DNA of 64,000 nt, taken from Trichoplax adhaerens. Its lineage: Eukaryota; Animalia; Placozoa. A model generated the notes under the pieces. It made no database searches. It saw nothing but the letters and a program-made list of their open reading frames with translations, and was not told the DNA's origin. The stretch's first letter is position 1. The number at the start of each line of letters is the position of its first letter. Shown piece after piece: positions 40,201 through 52,735 of the stretch. Where the stretch lies: the NCBI RefSeq assembly GCF_000150275.1, contig NW_002060944.1:3200152-3264151 (forward strand), written 5' to 3'. The translations under genes and the position numbers were made by a program.

Positions 40201-42101
40201 ACTCCTATGGTCGGGTAGAAATCTATTATAACAATCGATGGGCAACAGTTTGTGGCGACCATTTTGGGTTAGCCGAAGCACATGTCGTGTGCAGACAACT
40301 AGGGTTTCTTGGAGCCAGTGCAGTTCAAAATTATGGCGCAGAATATGGTACTATCTATCTAGATGATGTTAATTGTACTGGTGTAGAACCTTCACTTGCT
40401 TCTTGCCAACATCGAGGATGGGGAATACATAACTGTCATCATTCGGCCGATGTCGGAGTCAACTGTACTAACAACGGAAGCTGTAAGTTCTATCATTAGG
40501 CATGCAAGTAAAATCCAGTCAATAATACTGTACTTGAAATCCTCAAATAAAATTGCAATAGCAAAGAAGTATTTTCTTTTTACTGAAATAATTCGAATAG
40601 AGAATAATGAAATACTCGTAAAGAAATAGTTCAATTGCACTGTTCTAACTGCATAACATTATGATCGATTCGGCCATGCTGTATATTGGAGTGTATAATT
40701 TAAAACTCTTTGAATTATAATGCAATTTTTTTTAAACAAAGCCTAGTTGATTTCAATTTAATTATGCTTCCTTTCTTTCAATTTTTCTTGAAAATCCAAT
40801 GAGCACATAAACTTTAGTCCAGATTTAGGCATAATCATGATTTCGAGCACTGTAGAACAATTATTTAGGGTTTATAATCGAGAAATTTATAAAATAACAT
40901 GAACTACCAGGTATATCTAGTAGTCACATCTAGTAGTCCATGAAAATATTTACGAGTATCACTTATAATACATGAATTCAAAGTCCATACATGTGCATAC
41001 ATATACATAAAATATTTTAAAGATAGCATATGAATGATTTATTGCTTTTTATGTGACTACATCCATTTTATAAAAATGATATCAGCTTTCTAATGTACTC
41101 GTATATACGTACTATTACTGTTTTTCCACTTTAAGATCAAAATCCAACAACTTCAACGACAGGTAAAGTAATAACAATTGATCATACTTATCATAAACTA
41201 GGATACAATTATTTTAGAATCTTCCGATGGTTAAAAAAGCCATCTTACATATTATCATAATGCTTTTTTTTGAACAGCATATAACCCATGCTCCTCAGGT
41301 CCCTGCTACAATAATGGTACTTGCTATAACAATAATGACTCCTACGCTTGCGCCTGCCAAGGAAATTACGACGGATACAGATGCCAATATTNNNNNNNNN
41401 NNNNNNNNNNNNNNNNNNNNNNNNNNNNNNNNNNNNNNNNNGCTTATCAAATCCATGCTATGACGGCGGTTCTTGCGTATCGTATAGCGGTGGATATTAC
41501 TGCTCTTGTAATGGAAACTGCTATGGCGATCGTTGCCAATATAGCATAAAAGCTACTAAAATTGTTCTATAAACGCTCATATATTAAAATTATATATATC
41601 TTATAAATTTTCTTCTGAGGCAATATGTAATTTATTATAGAATTTGTATAGGTATTTAGTTATAGTATGATGTAAATACGTTTCAAGTTTTCATTATTCT
41701 ATAGTTACTGCTCGCTTTTAAAATCTGACTGTAGCTCTATCATTGATTATAACTTTATCGTGTTATACTCTTAATGATAGGAACTGAAGGTCAAGTTCGA
41801 CTTGTAGATGGCAATGGTTACTCGTCCGGCCGAGTAGAAATATATCATAACGGCGTCTGGGGAACTGTTTGTGATGATAGCTTTGGTATTAGTAACGCCA
41901 TAGTCATTTGTAGGCAATTAGGATTTTCATCAGCCGCTGATTACTTTTGTTGCGCTCATTATGGCCGTGGAAATGGCACTATTTGGCTTGATAATGTCTC
42001 TTGTAACGGTAGTGAATCTTCCATTAGCAGTTGTAATCATAATTCTTGGGGATCACATGATTGTGGCCACAATGAAGACGTCGGTGTAGCATGTATAAAC
42101 G
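28250..42101 (+). CDS. Gene B: signal peptide-D8C-EGF-EGF-cbEGF-D8C-EGF-cbEGF-D8C-EGF-EGF-cbEGF-divergent D8C-linker-SRCRx4-linker-EGF-[gap]-EGF-SRCR-[gap]; uromodulin/GP2/OIT3-like + DMBT1-like mosaic
   Basis: Exons: 28250-28303, 28405-28438, 28843-29058, 29211-29369, 29503-29610, 29706-29816, 29905-30027, 30127-30348, 31233-31391, 31824-31934, 32078-32200, 32674-32892, 33058-33222, 33378-33485, 33908-34018, 34474-34596, 34770-34967, 36871-37038, 37586-37612, 38038-38352, 38834-39154, 39507-39824, 40165-40482, 41136-41162, 41278-41391. All are open, and from exon 3 on all are phase 1-1. N-terminus [29 protein letters not shown]. Confidence 0.88.
28843..29369 (+). CDS. D8C/D10C domain 1 (two exons)
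   Basis: [43 protein letters not shown] / [40 protein letters not shown] matches the uromodulin/GP2 D8C consensus. Confidence 0.93.
30127..31391 (+). CDS. D8C/D10C domain 2 (two exons)
   Basis: [41 protein letters not shown] / [48 protein letters not shown]. Confidence 0.93.
32674..33222 (+). CDS. D8C/D10C domain 3 (two exons)
   Basis: [45 protein letters not shown] / [40 protein letters not shown]. Confidence 0.92.
35453..35917 (-). mobile_element. Solo LTR (465 bp) in a gene B intron
   Basis: TGTGATG...CATTACA termini; 5-bp TSD AATAT (35448-35452 / 35918-35922); minus-strand AATAAA ~85 nt from the end; layout resembles 16061-16517. Confidence 0.85.
35973..36783 (-). mobile_element. Non-autonomous Helitron-like element (~810 bp)
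   Basis: Minus-strand 3' hairpin CCGTCAGC-AAA-GCGACGG then CTAG|T; candidate 5' end A|TC at 36783; no TSD; second copy at 23945-24598. The 5' boundary is less certain. Confidence 0.7.
38038..40482 (+). CDS. Four tandem, diverged single-exon SRCR domains
   Basis: 38038-38352, 38834-39154, 39507-39824 and 40165-40482; each reads VPVRL..GR(V/L)E(V/I)Y...W(G/A)TVC..VC(K/R)QLGF..I(W/Y)LD..C.G.E..C...GWG...C.H..D(V/I)G(I/V).C. The first two are missed by the ORF track. Confidence 0.95.
40660..40985 (+). repeat. Intronic duplicate of 39297-39397 fused to 39829-40055 (the SRCR exon between them is deleted)
   Basis: Near-identical sequence to both flanks of exon 39507-39824, joined at TTAA ~40759-40762. 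Confidence 0.85.
41392..41441. other. Assembly gap (50 N)
   Basis: Run of N within the EGF/SRCR repeat region. Confidence 1.
41781..42101 (+). CDS. SRCR exon paralogous to 391-711 (15 substitutions)
   Basis: Same splice sites and flanking introns; lies on a small contig between two gaps. Confidence 0.9.
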
Positions 42102-42324
42102 GTAAGTAAAACAATTTTGAAATCTACACGAGAGCCAGTAAATTAGTAATTTGATATTTCTATAACGTGGTGTTTATCTGTTTAAAGTAGAAACCATTAC
42201 GATTGAAATACAATAAACTTAATTTTAGTTAAATTCAGAAATTAATAAATTACGTTATATGCGATAGTTTAATGAGTCATTTATTTATAGAAGTGATAGT
42301 GTCACTAGTTAATTTATTTAACAA

Positions 42325-42374
42325 NNNNNNNNNNNNNNNNNNNNNNNNNNNNNNNNNNNNNNNNNNNNNNNNNN
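42325..42374. other. Assembly gap (50 N)
   Basis: Run of N; the 3' end of gene B is unresolved. Confidence 1.
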
Positions 42375-43430
42375 ATCTTAGTACTCAAGAATTAATTAAT
42401 TCACTTATCATCCTTAATATTAAGTAGTAGAATCATTCATGTAGATGAACGAGTAAATATGACTTGGTCAATCACTCTATGGTGATACTTGATTGTGGCC
42501 ACCTTGTATTATTCTGGCTGTAATAACAGTTTCTTCCAAACGAAGAAACGTTAATGGAAGGCTAATCCAATATCATTAACGAGAATTTAACAGAATAGTA
42601 CATTATTGATAGTATTCTTCTAGTTTTACCTTGTACGATGATAATAAAATACAGAGTACAATAATAAATCGGTAATCTTTAATTTTAAATCAAAGAATTA
42701 ACGATATGACCACTCACTGACTAGATTGAGTGAAAATAGGATAGTAGCACGGATGCTACATTCAATATGGTAAATAAAAATGATCAATAAGGGTACAAAT
42801 ATGAAATTCTGATTGAGCTGAGCTTTAATGTCTTTTCATAATTGCCATCAATTTATCATCCAACATAAATTGTAGTCTTTAAAATTGGATCATTTCCAAT
42901 TTAAAATCATCAACAATATCGAATGGCTTAATTATTTTCCTCGCCATTCCATCGCCTAGTTAAACTATTATTATTCCATTACGGATTGTTCAAATGATAA
43001 TGAAAAGCAAATTAGTAAAAATTTTTTAATCACTAAGTTAGTGGAACCATGATGGAATTAACTTTGTTCTTTGCGTTCAATCTAATCTTCAGCTTTTTGG
43101 TCACCAAATTCCACAGCGTTTGAATTTCTTTTTATAACGCAGTTCAACATAGCACGCATCGCATTTCTATCCGTAAAAGATTGTATAACTCAGATTAAGA
43201 GTTCGAGGTCGCGAACCTATAGTAATAGTAAAAGACTATTACTCGGTCATTACACTCGTAAAATGGAAAGGTGAATATTTTGGGTATTAAATGTAGGTAA
43301 TCAGTCTGAATGATGAGTACGAGCATACTGGTAGTAATAGATCATCCGCCAAGAAAGAGTACTGTAACATTAATTATAATTACTTGCACTGAAATTTTAA
43401 ATTCAAACAAATTATATAGAACTTATACCG
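42375..43430 (-). pseudogene. Second decayed copy of the minus-strand partner gene and its upstream block
   Basis: Colinear matches to 15105-15470 (e.g. TTCCAATTT-AAATCATC, AAGGCTAA-CCA, CTTGTAC) and to 16730-16980. Confidence 0.55.
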
Positions 43431-43639
43431 TATGCCTCGATGTCCATAGGTACAAATAGTCTACTATTGCTACTTCGTGCTAATTGATACCTATATTATA
43501 TCATCGGCATATGCTCTCATATCATTAAAATAGGTTTCGTATAGATCTACTGTAACTCTAAGATTATGCATTAACCCATATATCTTACAACATGGTAAAA
43601 CGTAAAAATTACCCTCATTTCTAGCGTAATTAGAATATT

Positions 43640-44050
43640 TTCTATTTATAAACACTGTAGAATACATAAGCTTGTCTTAAACCCTGATGATAAGCTATCT
43701 ACTACAGTATATATCAATCAATACAACAAATTTATACGTAGCTATCTAATACTATCACAGAAATGCATTAATTTTAATAAAAATGAAAGATTTTTATTTG
43801 ATTCAGTCATGGCATTGCTTGAGTAATTGTTGATTGAACAATGATTTTATTTTCTACTTATAAACACTGTAAATTCATAAGCTGGTCTATAATCCCAATG
43901 ATAAACTATCTATTATATAATAATCAATACAATAAATCCCTACTTCATGGCGATCTAACATTGTGAAAGCAGTACATTAATTCAATTAAAAATGGAAATT
44001 TCTGTTTAATTCAATCCTGGTATTGCTTGACCATTTTCTTAATTGAATAA
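43640..44050 (+). repeat. Diverged tandem duplication, period ~210 bp
   Basis: TTTCTA(T/C)TTATAAACACTGTA...CATAAGCT..ATGATAA.CTATCTA at ~43640 and ~43851. Confidence 0.8.
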
Positions 44051-44664
44051 TAAATCCTTAACTATGAATTTATCGTAAGCAGGATATCTAAAGCAAATAT
44101 ATGAGTTAACGTAATTAATTCTTGCTCTTAACAAATGCAATTTCATCATCTGCTGATATTGTCGACTAATTTATAATAAAAATTATATAAAAAGAATTAT
44201 ACAATTTATTTCGATGTATTTACGATATTACATTTCTATTAGAGAATAAAGTTTTTCTGGAATAGGTTCATGATTTTCCGTATATTATGGCTACTTTTTT
44301 CTGTATCAATACCTATCAAATAACGAATACAATCGATACAAATCCATTACTTTATACTTTTGCACGTATAAAGCGTCAATATAAATCAACTTTTCATTTA
44401 ACTCTTAATCTTTAAGCTACGTCTAATATCTAAATTTCATATTAACATTATAAAATGCTAAATTTTTTAACCGTAAACAGCTCAGTTGTTAATAGAATAA
44501 ATAGCGACTAGAAATTCTACATACCTGTATATTGACATTCCACCTCATACCAGTACTAACTTTACCCCATCATGCCCAACAATTTTTTCATTTTTGGTAC
44601 TACTTTACCGCATATTTTCCTTAATGCCTGGTAGTTTTCTATCTTCTGCTAGGATTGAATTAAA

Positions 44665-47600
44665 AATAACTTCATGTTAATTTTTGATGATGATATAATC
44701 ACGTATTATTTCCTTCTTAGTAAGTAATTTCTATATCTTTCCAGCATTCATAAAAATACTCCCATTAGTAAAGCTGGAAAATAATGTCTTTAAATAATTT
44801 ATTCGCAATTAATAAATTAGATCATACTATCGGATCTTCCTACTGTATTTCCGGGTAAGATTCTGCTCGTTAGGCCATTCCTACTTATTTTCTGGTACTA
44901 ATTTTAAAATTTCATCAGCTTTATTTTATGTTAAATTAAGAGGGTCAAGAAAAATAATCCCATTAAATATACGAGTAATATAAATCATTAATTGCTTAGG
45001 TTAATTACTTTAATCATCACTGAGACCACAACATCGGTACTTCGATCAGTTATGGATTTATAAATTTGTTAGAGGGTCGAATTTTAGCGAAGCACCGACA
45101 ACTAAAATTAATTATAAATCTAATCGAGCCCCATAAATGTGACCTTTTAGTCTAATATGAACATTTTTCTACGTATCTAGAGTCATGCCAAGAATACCAA
45201 TGGCTAAATCGAACCGATCAATCAAGTGTGAATCTAATTTCAGACGTAAAGTGTGACGTGGCGTTAACTGTTAACTATGAAATTACAAATAGATATTAAC
45301 GAATGTAAAGTTTCTAATGGTGGCTGTCTAGATCGATGTATTAATACACCTGGAAGCTATCACTACCAATGTTTCAAAGGCTTTATAGTTGCCATGGACG
45401 GACATCAATGCATAGGTGCATTAATATTTTACGAATGTCTTAATTTTTACCTACTGTAGCAGGGAAAAATGATAACATTAGCTACCCTACAACTGTAGGT
45501 ACATGCTACTGTTTCTTTTTTGTTCCGTTTGTTACCGCTTGCTAAGAATATAATATTTTCCGTAGATACTAAAAGATTTCGGTAATTTAAATTCTTGTCA
45601 GACGTTTCAACTAAAGTTTAAAAGTAGGCGTGAAAGTACTGCTTAAATTATAATAGCCTTCTTCAAAAGTGCACGATTATGCAGTATTGATTTGATAATT
45701 TGGTGATAGGAATTAGTTGTAGCATTAAATGAGATACAATTACCTTCTTGTGTAAGCGTAAAGCTGCACTCGTATATATTTTATGCAAACTAATAGACCT
45801 TAGTTCTCTAGTATAATAACGGTAATTGCGATATATTGAAGCATTGACTATTATATAAATATGGATCCTAACATCATGCACCTAAATTAATTGGTTTTCG
45901 GCTAGCCCATTAATCACTATTCCATTTCGTACTGAGGATACTTAGTAAAAATCTTCTGCAGGGATTAACTTTGCTTATTCTCCAGATACAAGAAAAATAT
46001 CAAATTGATATGACCATTTCGATAACATATCTATGCAATTAATTTGCGATTATTATTTGTATGTGTACCATATAAAATTGAGGCATTTACGAAATAATGC
46101 TGCACTTTGCAATTTAAAACCTTGCCGACAATATAAAATCATTGCTGATGATTCAAGACTAGCATCGCTAACTCCTGGCAATCAACTGGGCCCATTAAAG
46201 TGTGATAAAAACATTACTCGGTCGGAATGTTAGGGTTAGAAAAATAAAGAGTAAAGGAGAAGGCATGGTGCTTCCAACAGTATGTATTCCAATGCTAAAA
46301 TGTCATACGCTGTCTAGTGGATAGATGAATGGCAAGCATCCTACAGGTTTGATGATTATAAAGGAAATGCAAAAAATTTATTTCGTATTTATATGGAAAC
46401 AAATTATATAATGAAAACATAGTAAGATAGATATTAATAAGAATTTACTAGCTAATATCAATTTAGGAGCTCATAAAAGGAAGCTAATGTCCTTTCGCTA
46501 TCTCTTATCCTCTAAATTTCATGACAGTTGAAGAAGGAGTAGTCACCAAAAAGTCTTGTTTTAGCTATTTCAGCAATTGCTGCTATACATCGGCTCTCGT
46601 CAGAGTCAAGTAGTATAATCGATATTTTTTCTATCAACTGGCATCGAATATATCATGCAATCCTCAAACAAGATATTGTACCAGTGATTTAAGTAAGTTT
46701 CCTGGATCTTGATAAGATGCTGTATAGTATGTAATGCTAAGGAAGTAGGAATTTTTTGTGAAAAATTTATAAATATTTTACTATTTTTTCATCTACAGAT
46801 GAACCATTTGGAAATTTAAAATTAAAAACCTCGTAACAAAATTATGTACCCAAAATAAACCAGTACATGAAGTTTTACAGGCTGAAAATTAATCAGCAAC
46901 GGTAAAAACTATACGAATCAAGGCATGTGGTTATTACTCACCATTACCCGTATTTAGACAACCTTCGGCCACGAAATTGTACTGGCAAACTATAATTAGC
47001 TCGCTAATAGTAACAACTAAGCAATCTAGTGACCGATTATTGCTTCTGTAAACATCTTCTTTTATCAACTTAAATTTTATAGGAATTAAAACTTTTGCTT
47101 AAAAGCTCCTTTGCAACAGCAATGCCCTAGAGCAACCAAGTTTTGTTACCTAATATGTCATTTCATAAATTAATGTAGGTTGATAGTCCAATTACACCGT
47201 GGATACTTTAGTATTAATTCGATACTAATGACATTTAGGACGTCTGGTACTACCGATTTCAACTTTATCCACACACATTTACCAAATAATTTGGTATTCC
47301 GGTAGCTATAGCAAACTTCCAAAATACCATAAAACTAACTAGACCATCAGGCAGGTATGCATATGATAACAAGAATATGTATGTGATGCATACTCTAATT
47401 CAAGCATTATTGCAACGCTATTTCACAACTGAGTATCCGGTAATAAGTCAAATTACTGTTGAAATTGTATAGCGGTATCCCCCAAAAACAGAGTGCAAAG
47501 ATATCTTCTAAAGAGATGAGACGAAATCAATCGTGTAACGAATATCACCTAACTTATTCTATAGGTAGATGTCATCTTAACCCTTGCATTAATGGCAAAT

Positions 47601-50600
47601 GCGTTATTCGTAGCTCTGGATCATTTTATTGTCAATGCCAGTATGGCTTACCGAAAAATCATGCGATACAGGTATAATAGCCATGAAATTAACCTCATAC
47701 AGTTACCTCATCAAACTCATTTTTATCTTGCTACTATCGATTTCTTCGTATAGAATATTAAATATGTTATAGTGTAATTCTTGCAATGTTGCATGCACAA
47801 TCTACCAAACTTTACAATTTTAATTACAAAATCGATATGATGATAGAACTATACAGAATATATGTCTATCTTACTGTGTCCGGATATCAGTAAATTTCGG
47901 CTAAGATTTTGAATCATAAATGATATTAAAAAGTAGTAAGACTCGATGTATAGAATTAATTTCGATCTTGCATCCTTTTAGCAATTAATTAATGTTTTTC
48001 GAATCCATGTTATAAGGGACGGTGTATTGACCATAAAAATAAATATGTATGTCTGTAGTCAAGGAATGACGGGTACAAATTGCGATCAAGGTAAGAATAA
48101 AAGTGGCGATGAAGAATTGCTATAGTATCAAACTCTACCTTAATCCGTAGCTCCTTTCTTTCATTTTAATTATTTAGTTATGATAATATATACAGTAGTA
48201 ATACTATTTTATAACTATAGCAGTAGAAATAATATACTAATAAATATGCCCCATTGTACACTACGTCTTACAAAACCAATAAACTTTCTATATACTGTCA
48301 TCGAAAGCGCGAAGTATTACAGAACCTAACTTTTACTTAGATATTCAACTATTAACATTGTTTTATTGTACTTATAGCGATTTAAAATCTACTCCCCAAC
48401 TCTCTTTCTATCACAGATATTAATGAGTGCTTAAGCAACAACGGTGGTTGCATCCATTTTTGCAACAATACCTATTCTAGTTACTTCTGTTCATGTCCAA
48501 ATAATCAGCTTATTGGCATAAATGGCCGCACATGCGATGGTATGATCTGAAGTATTTTATACTATTATACTTGTAGTTGCTAACTATCAGACACGGCATC
48601 TAGCTTTAAAGATAATCATAACTTAACAACAAATATGCATTTGTATTATGCTTCAAACGATATCATTCGATTATAATTACAGAGCCTTGTTTAGCAAGCT
48701 CTGTTCCACTCAACGATACCGCAGCGCAAATGAAAAGCCCAACTATTTTTCAAGTAGCAACGGTGACCAACCAATGTCAACTAGCTTACAGCAATTCTCT
48801 AGATACCTCGAAATATAGGTATCGATCCAAAGCAAACAATAACTGCATTGCTATAGCAAAGAGTTTATCTAATTTAAAAAGTATACTAATTTTAACGCGA
48901 TTCTCACTTTCAAATAATGTAGAGCAAGGTAACAAATCATTAGTCTATCTAAAGAGCACATACTACGAATTAGTATTCGTATTATTAGTCTCTCTAGTAT
49001 GTATTAGAAAAGCCTCTGTACTAATTGATATCGTAGGTTTATGCATTTATTCAGACTCTGTCTTACAGTTAGAACCTTTATTTTAATTACAAATATTTAG
49101 TGATATTTATCTAAAATGAAACATAAGGAGAGATATTTATATAGTAAAAAACATTAAACTAATTTTTTCATCTAATGTCTATTGTTGCTAATAGTAAACT
49201 CTAGTGAATCTGTCGAAATAATTGATATATGTTATCATTTTGGCCTTCAATTATGCTCAAAATGATATATGTTATCATTTTGGCCTTCAATCATGCTCAA
49301 AAAAGTTGCCCGTCCAAATCAAGACCTGTTCAGGCTATTATGTTTATAAAATCGATAGCCTAGCAGCATGTTACTTAAACTTTTGCAGCAAAATTGTAGG
49401 TAATCTATATTTAATCTCTCATAACTAGCAAATGAAATTGAATATTGTTCTCATATATTTTAGTGAAAGTAATATAATTATATAATAATCTGCCAAACTC
49501 TATATTGCAATAATTTTAATACCTCAATTCTCTTTCTTTTGACACCAGAACCTAATGCCCTTCCCAGTAAGTTCAATATTCAGTCAACCTAGCCATAAAT
49601 TGCTTCGATAAACTAAAACTTACATATTGATGTAGTAGGGATATCTTTTTATTTTCATATTCACTTCGCTAGTTGATTTATATATATATATATATATAAT
49701 TGCACTAATTTTATCGCTTAGTTGTGCTTGCGAAACCGTTACCTGTGAGTGGATCGTAAACGGTGCATGCGATGGAAGAAACTGCACTAACTGGAAAAGA
49801 TGGAAAGGACCAATACCAACCGGTGGAACTGGTCCTAGAGCTGATCACACCCGTGGAAACTCTTCAGGTACCCCTAATTAAGTCAATAAAAATGGCATTT
49901 CGCTCTAATCAATGTTGCTCAATAAGTGGAAAACAAGAGCGTTGAAATTATTTTCAAGTAACAACTAGCATCTATTCTACATGGCAATAAAATTATCGTC
50001 ACGATATTTTTCAACCATATTTGATAGTACCCAAGTAAGAGTTATGAATAGATCTACTCTAAATATTTCGTTGTTATGAGAAGATTTATAATTACCGAAT
50101 CCAAACATATCTGCAGCATTTATCTTTATTTGCAATATTAATGAACGCAGTTCCCGCACTATTGCCTTACCACTCGTATGCTCTCGTGACTCTATTAGCA
50201 AATATCGTATGTCTATCTTAAATGGTAATCAACAAGGGTATAAATAAAAATACTGGTAGGTAAGTATTTTATATAATCGAGCATTGATAAATATCTACAA
50301 AAGTTTCGTTTCAGTTTTATTACATATTAATATGTAATATCAATTATTAGAAAGAACTGGCTCCCGCGCTAAAACATATATATTGAATTTGACAGGGTAT
50401 CATATCTATGCTGAAGTTTCGGCTCCGCGAAAGACAGGAGATCAGTTTATATTCGATAGCCCGAATTTTGTTACTACTTATCCAATCTGTTTTACATTTT
50501 GGTTTAATATATATGGTTACGGAGTAGGAGAATTACTGTTACTAGATAATCGCGTCAAGATTGCTTCATTGATTGAAAATTATGGCTTAGCTTGGGGCCA

Positions 50601-51206
50601 AGTCAAAACAACTCTTAAGACTGGACATCATCAAGTAAGTAATGCAGTAATAGATCAGTCATATTAAGCGAATCTAATACAGGAACCGTAATTACGTATT
50701 TCCTATTCAAAATCTATATTATTTTGATATAACAAATGCTATATTACAGTACTGTCTTACCAGCTAGAATTTTAGGGTTATCAAGCTTACAGTATTTTGA
50801 CATTATTCTTATTAATTCATTTTGCACAACAGCTAAAGTTTATTGCATATCGAGGCTACGGCGTTCTTGGAGACATTGCAATCGATGATATTGCAACTTT
50901 ACCAGGACCATCCAGTAAATACTAAATTTAGACTTGCTTATTACTAAATTTTAATTATGTACCAGATTATACAATAATTAGAATGCCAACTTATGCCATA
51001 AAATTTAAACTATTTAGAATTAATAGATATTAATTTTCTGTACATTTGGTAATGTTATCTATATAACATTACTGGTAAATAATGAGGTAGTCAAGTGAAA
51101 TATACCAGTAGTAAATTTTTAATTTAAAATCTAAATATTAAATTTAATCATTTATATAGGTTCAATGACATGGACTGAGCCTATAATCGTATATGGTGAT
51201 CAGTAA
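44665..51206 (+). pseudogene. Gene C: pseudogene paralog of gene B; SP-D8C(truncated)-cbEGF-D8C-EGF-EGF-cbEGF-divergent D8C-MAM, no SRCR
   Basis: Exon 2 (44821-44854) is homologous to 28405-28438. D8C1 is cut off at ~45270. Stops at ~46231, 46322 and 47990; a 40-bp frameshifting duplication at 49223-49300; MAM exons 49722-49867, 50396-50634, 50833-50914; terminal exon 51160-51206. Confidence 0.85.
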
Positions 51207-52735
51207 TAAAAGTTACTTCACGTGATATTATTTAGCAAGCGGGAAAATCGTAAATGAATGTTACAAGATCCGTCCAAAATTACCTGTTGCTAGAAAACGC
51301 TCTTATGAATGATATTATATCCTAAAACACTTAAGCAGCATATAACAATTTATAATACAATGTGAGTAATATATATCATAAGTGAAAATGTGTACGATCT
51401 GTCAAATGTTTTTCATTTTGCTTTGATGAGACTACATGTGATTACTTGCGTGACATCAATTGTAAATTTCATGTAACTGTTGTAGCAAAATTGTAAGCTT
51501 TACTTATTGGCGGCTTGTATTTCAAGAAGATAAAATAATCTTCAATCTAAATTTTATATTTTTAAATAATCTCATCTTTCCCTATTTTATTAATTATGCT
51601 AAGGCAATACTTTATTCCGTGACTTAATTGTTTCTAAAATTATCATGATACTGCATTGTAGTTATTTCTAAAAATAGTGGGCTTAATTTCTAACTTCTAA
51701 ATAAAAATTTTACGGATTAGTAAAGAAATCTTTAAGATAGATAACTAAGGATAGATTTCTAGCTTCATCAAATGCAAATGATATTTTTTGATTTCGTAGA
51801 ACTTAGATTTAATTTTAACTTCTAATATGGGAGATATTCTTTTTCGAAAAGATTCTTCCTTATACCAACTAGCCTTTTATAGGGCAATTAGACAACATAT
51901 TCATATAGTATTCTACCTTTAATCATCACATACTTTGGAAAATAATGTCATCATCTCATATTTTTATTTTGAATATATGAGTATGTATGTTCGTATCAGT
52001 TGTAGTAAATGTAAATACACCTATAGTACATGACGTATCAAGCTTAATTTAAAATTTTTGGGCAACTTTTCTAATTATGCCAACTGCACTTTCTGCTACT
52101 CAGTTCAAAAATATTGTAGAGAAACGAAAATTACTCCTTGATTCATAAAGTGAACGTAACCTGTAAGTATAAATAACCTAGCAAGTTTTGCTAAAAACAA
52201 TTACAAACATTCTGCTAGGACAAAGTTTTCCCCTAGCCTTTTATTTATTATATCCTATAAGGAAAGTATTTCTATTTGCCAATTACAGCATTTGGATGGA
52301 ATTTTCCCTCGGTCAAAGTCCAGTATCTTAATATAGCCTTAACTAATATTACGTCCCAAACATAAAGACCAATCATAGCGCATCTATGACTATTTATTTA
52401 CCTATAGGCAATACAATTACCGATTAAGGTTTCTGAAGAAGTTATAATCCATATTTCTTTAAGATTATTAAGCTGCATCGCTAATATTGATTGCAACTTG
52501 GATTGCAAATAACACGTTACTACTAGGATAGTATGGAACGTGAGATATGAGATTTATGCTAATTCAGTTATTCAAGTGAGGCCAGTGATATTAGACATGG
52601 TTAAAATGAGCAATAGAGTTGAATAGGATATTGCTGTCGAGATATCATTTAAGTATAGGATCATTCATATGATCTACTATGTCGTCATTTGATCTTCTTC
52701 ATCATCTCATTGATAAGGAGAGAGGTTTACTCTAG

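Noticed and set aside
38188-40640. ORFs 38188-38442(-), 38257-38520(+), 38879-39283(-), 39684-39881(+), 40392-40640(-) and 40396-40629(+)
   Set aside because: Alternative-frame or antisense shadows of SRCR exons.
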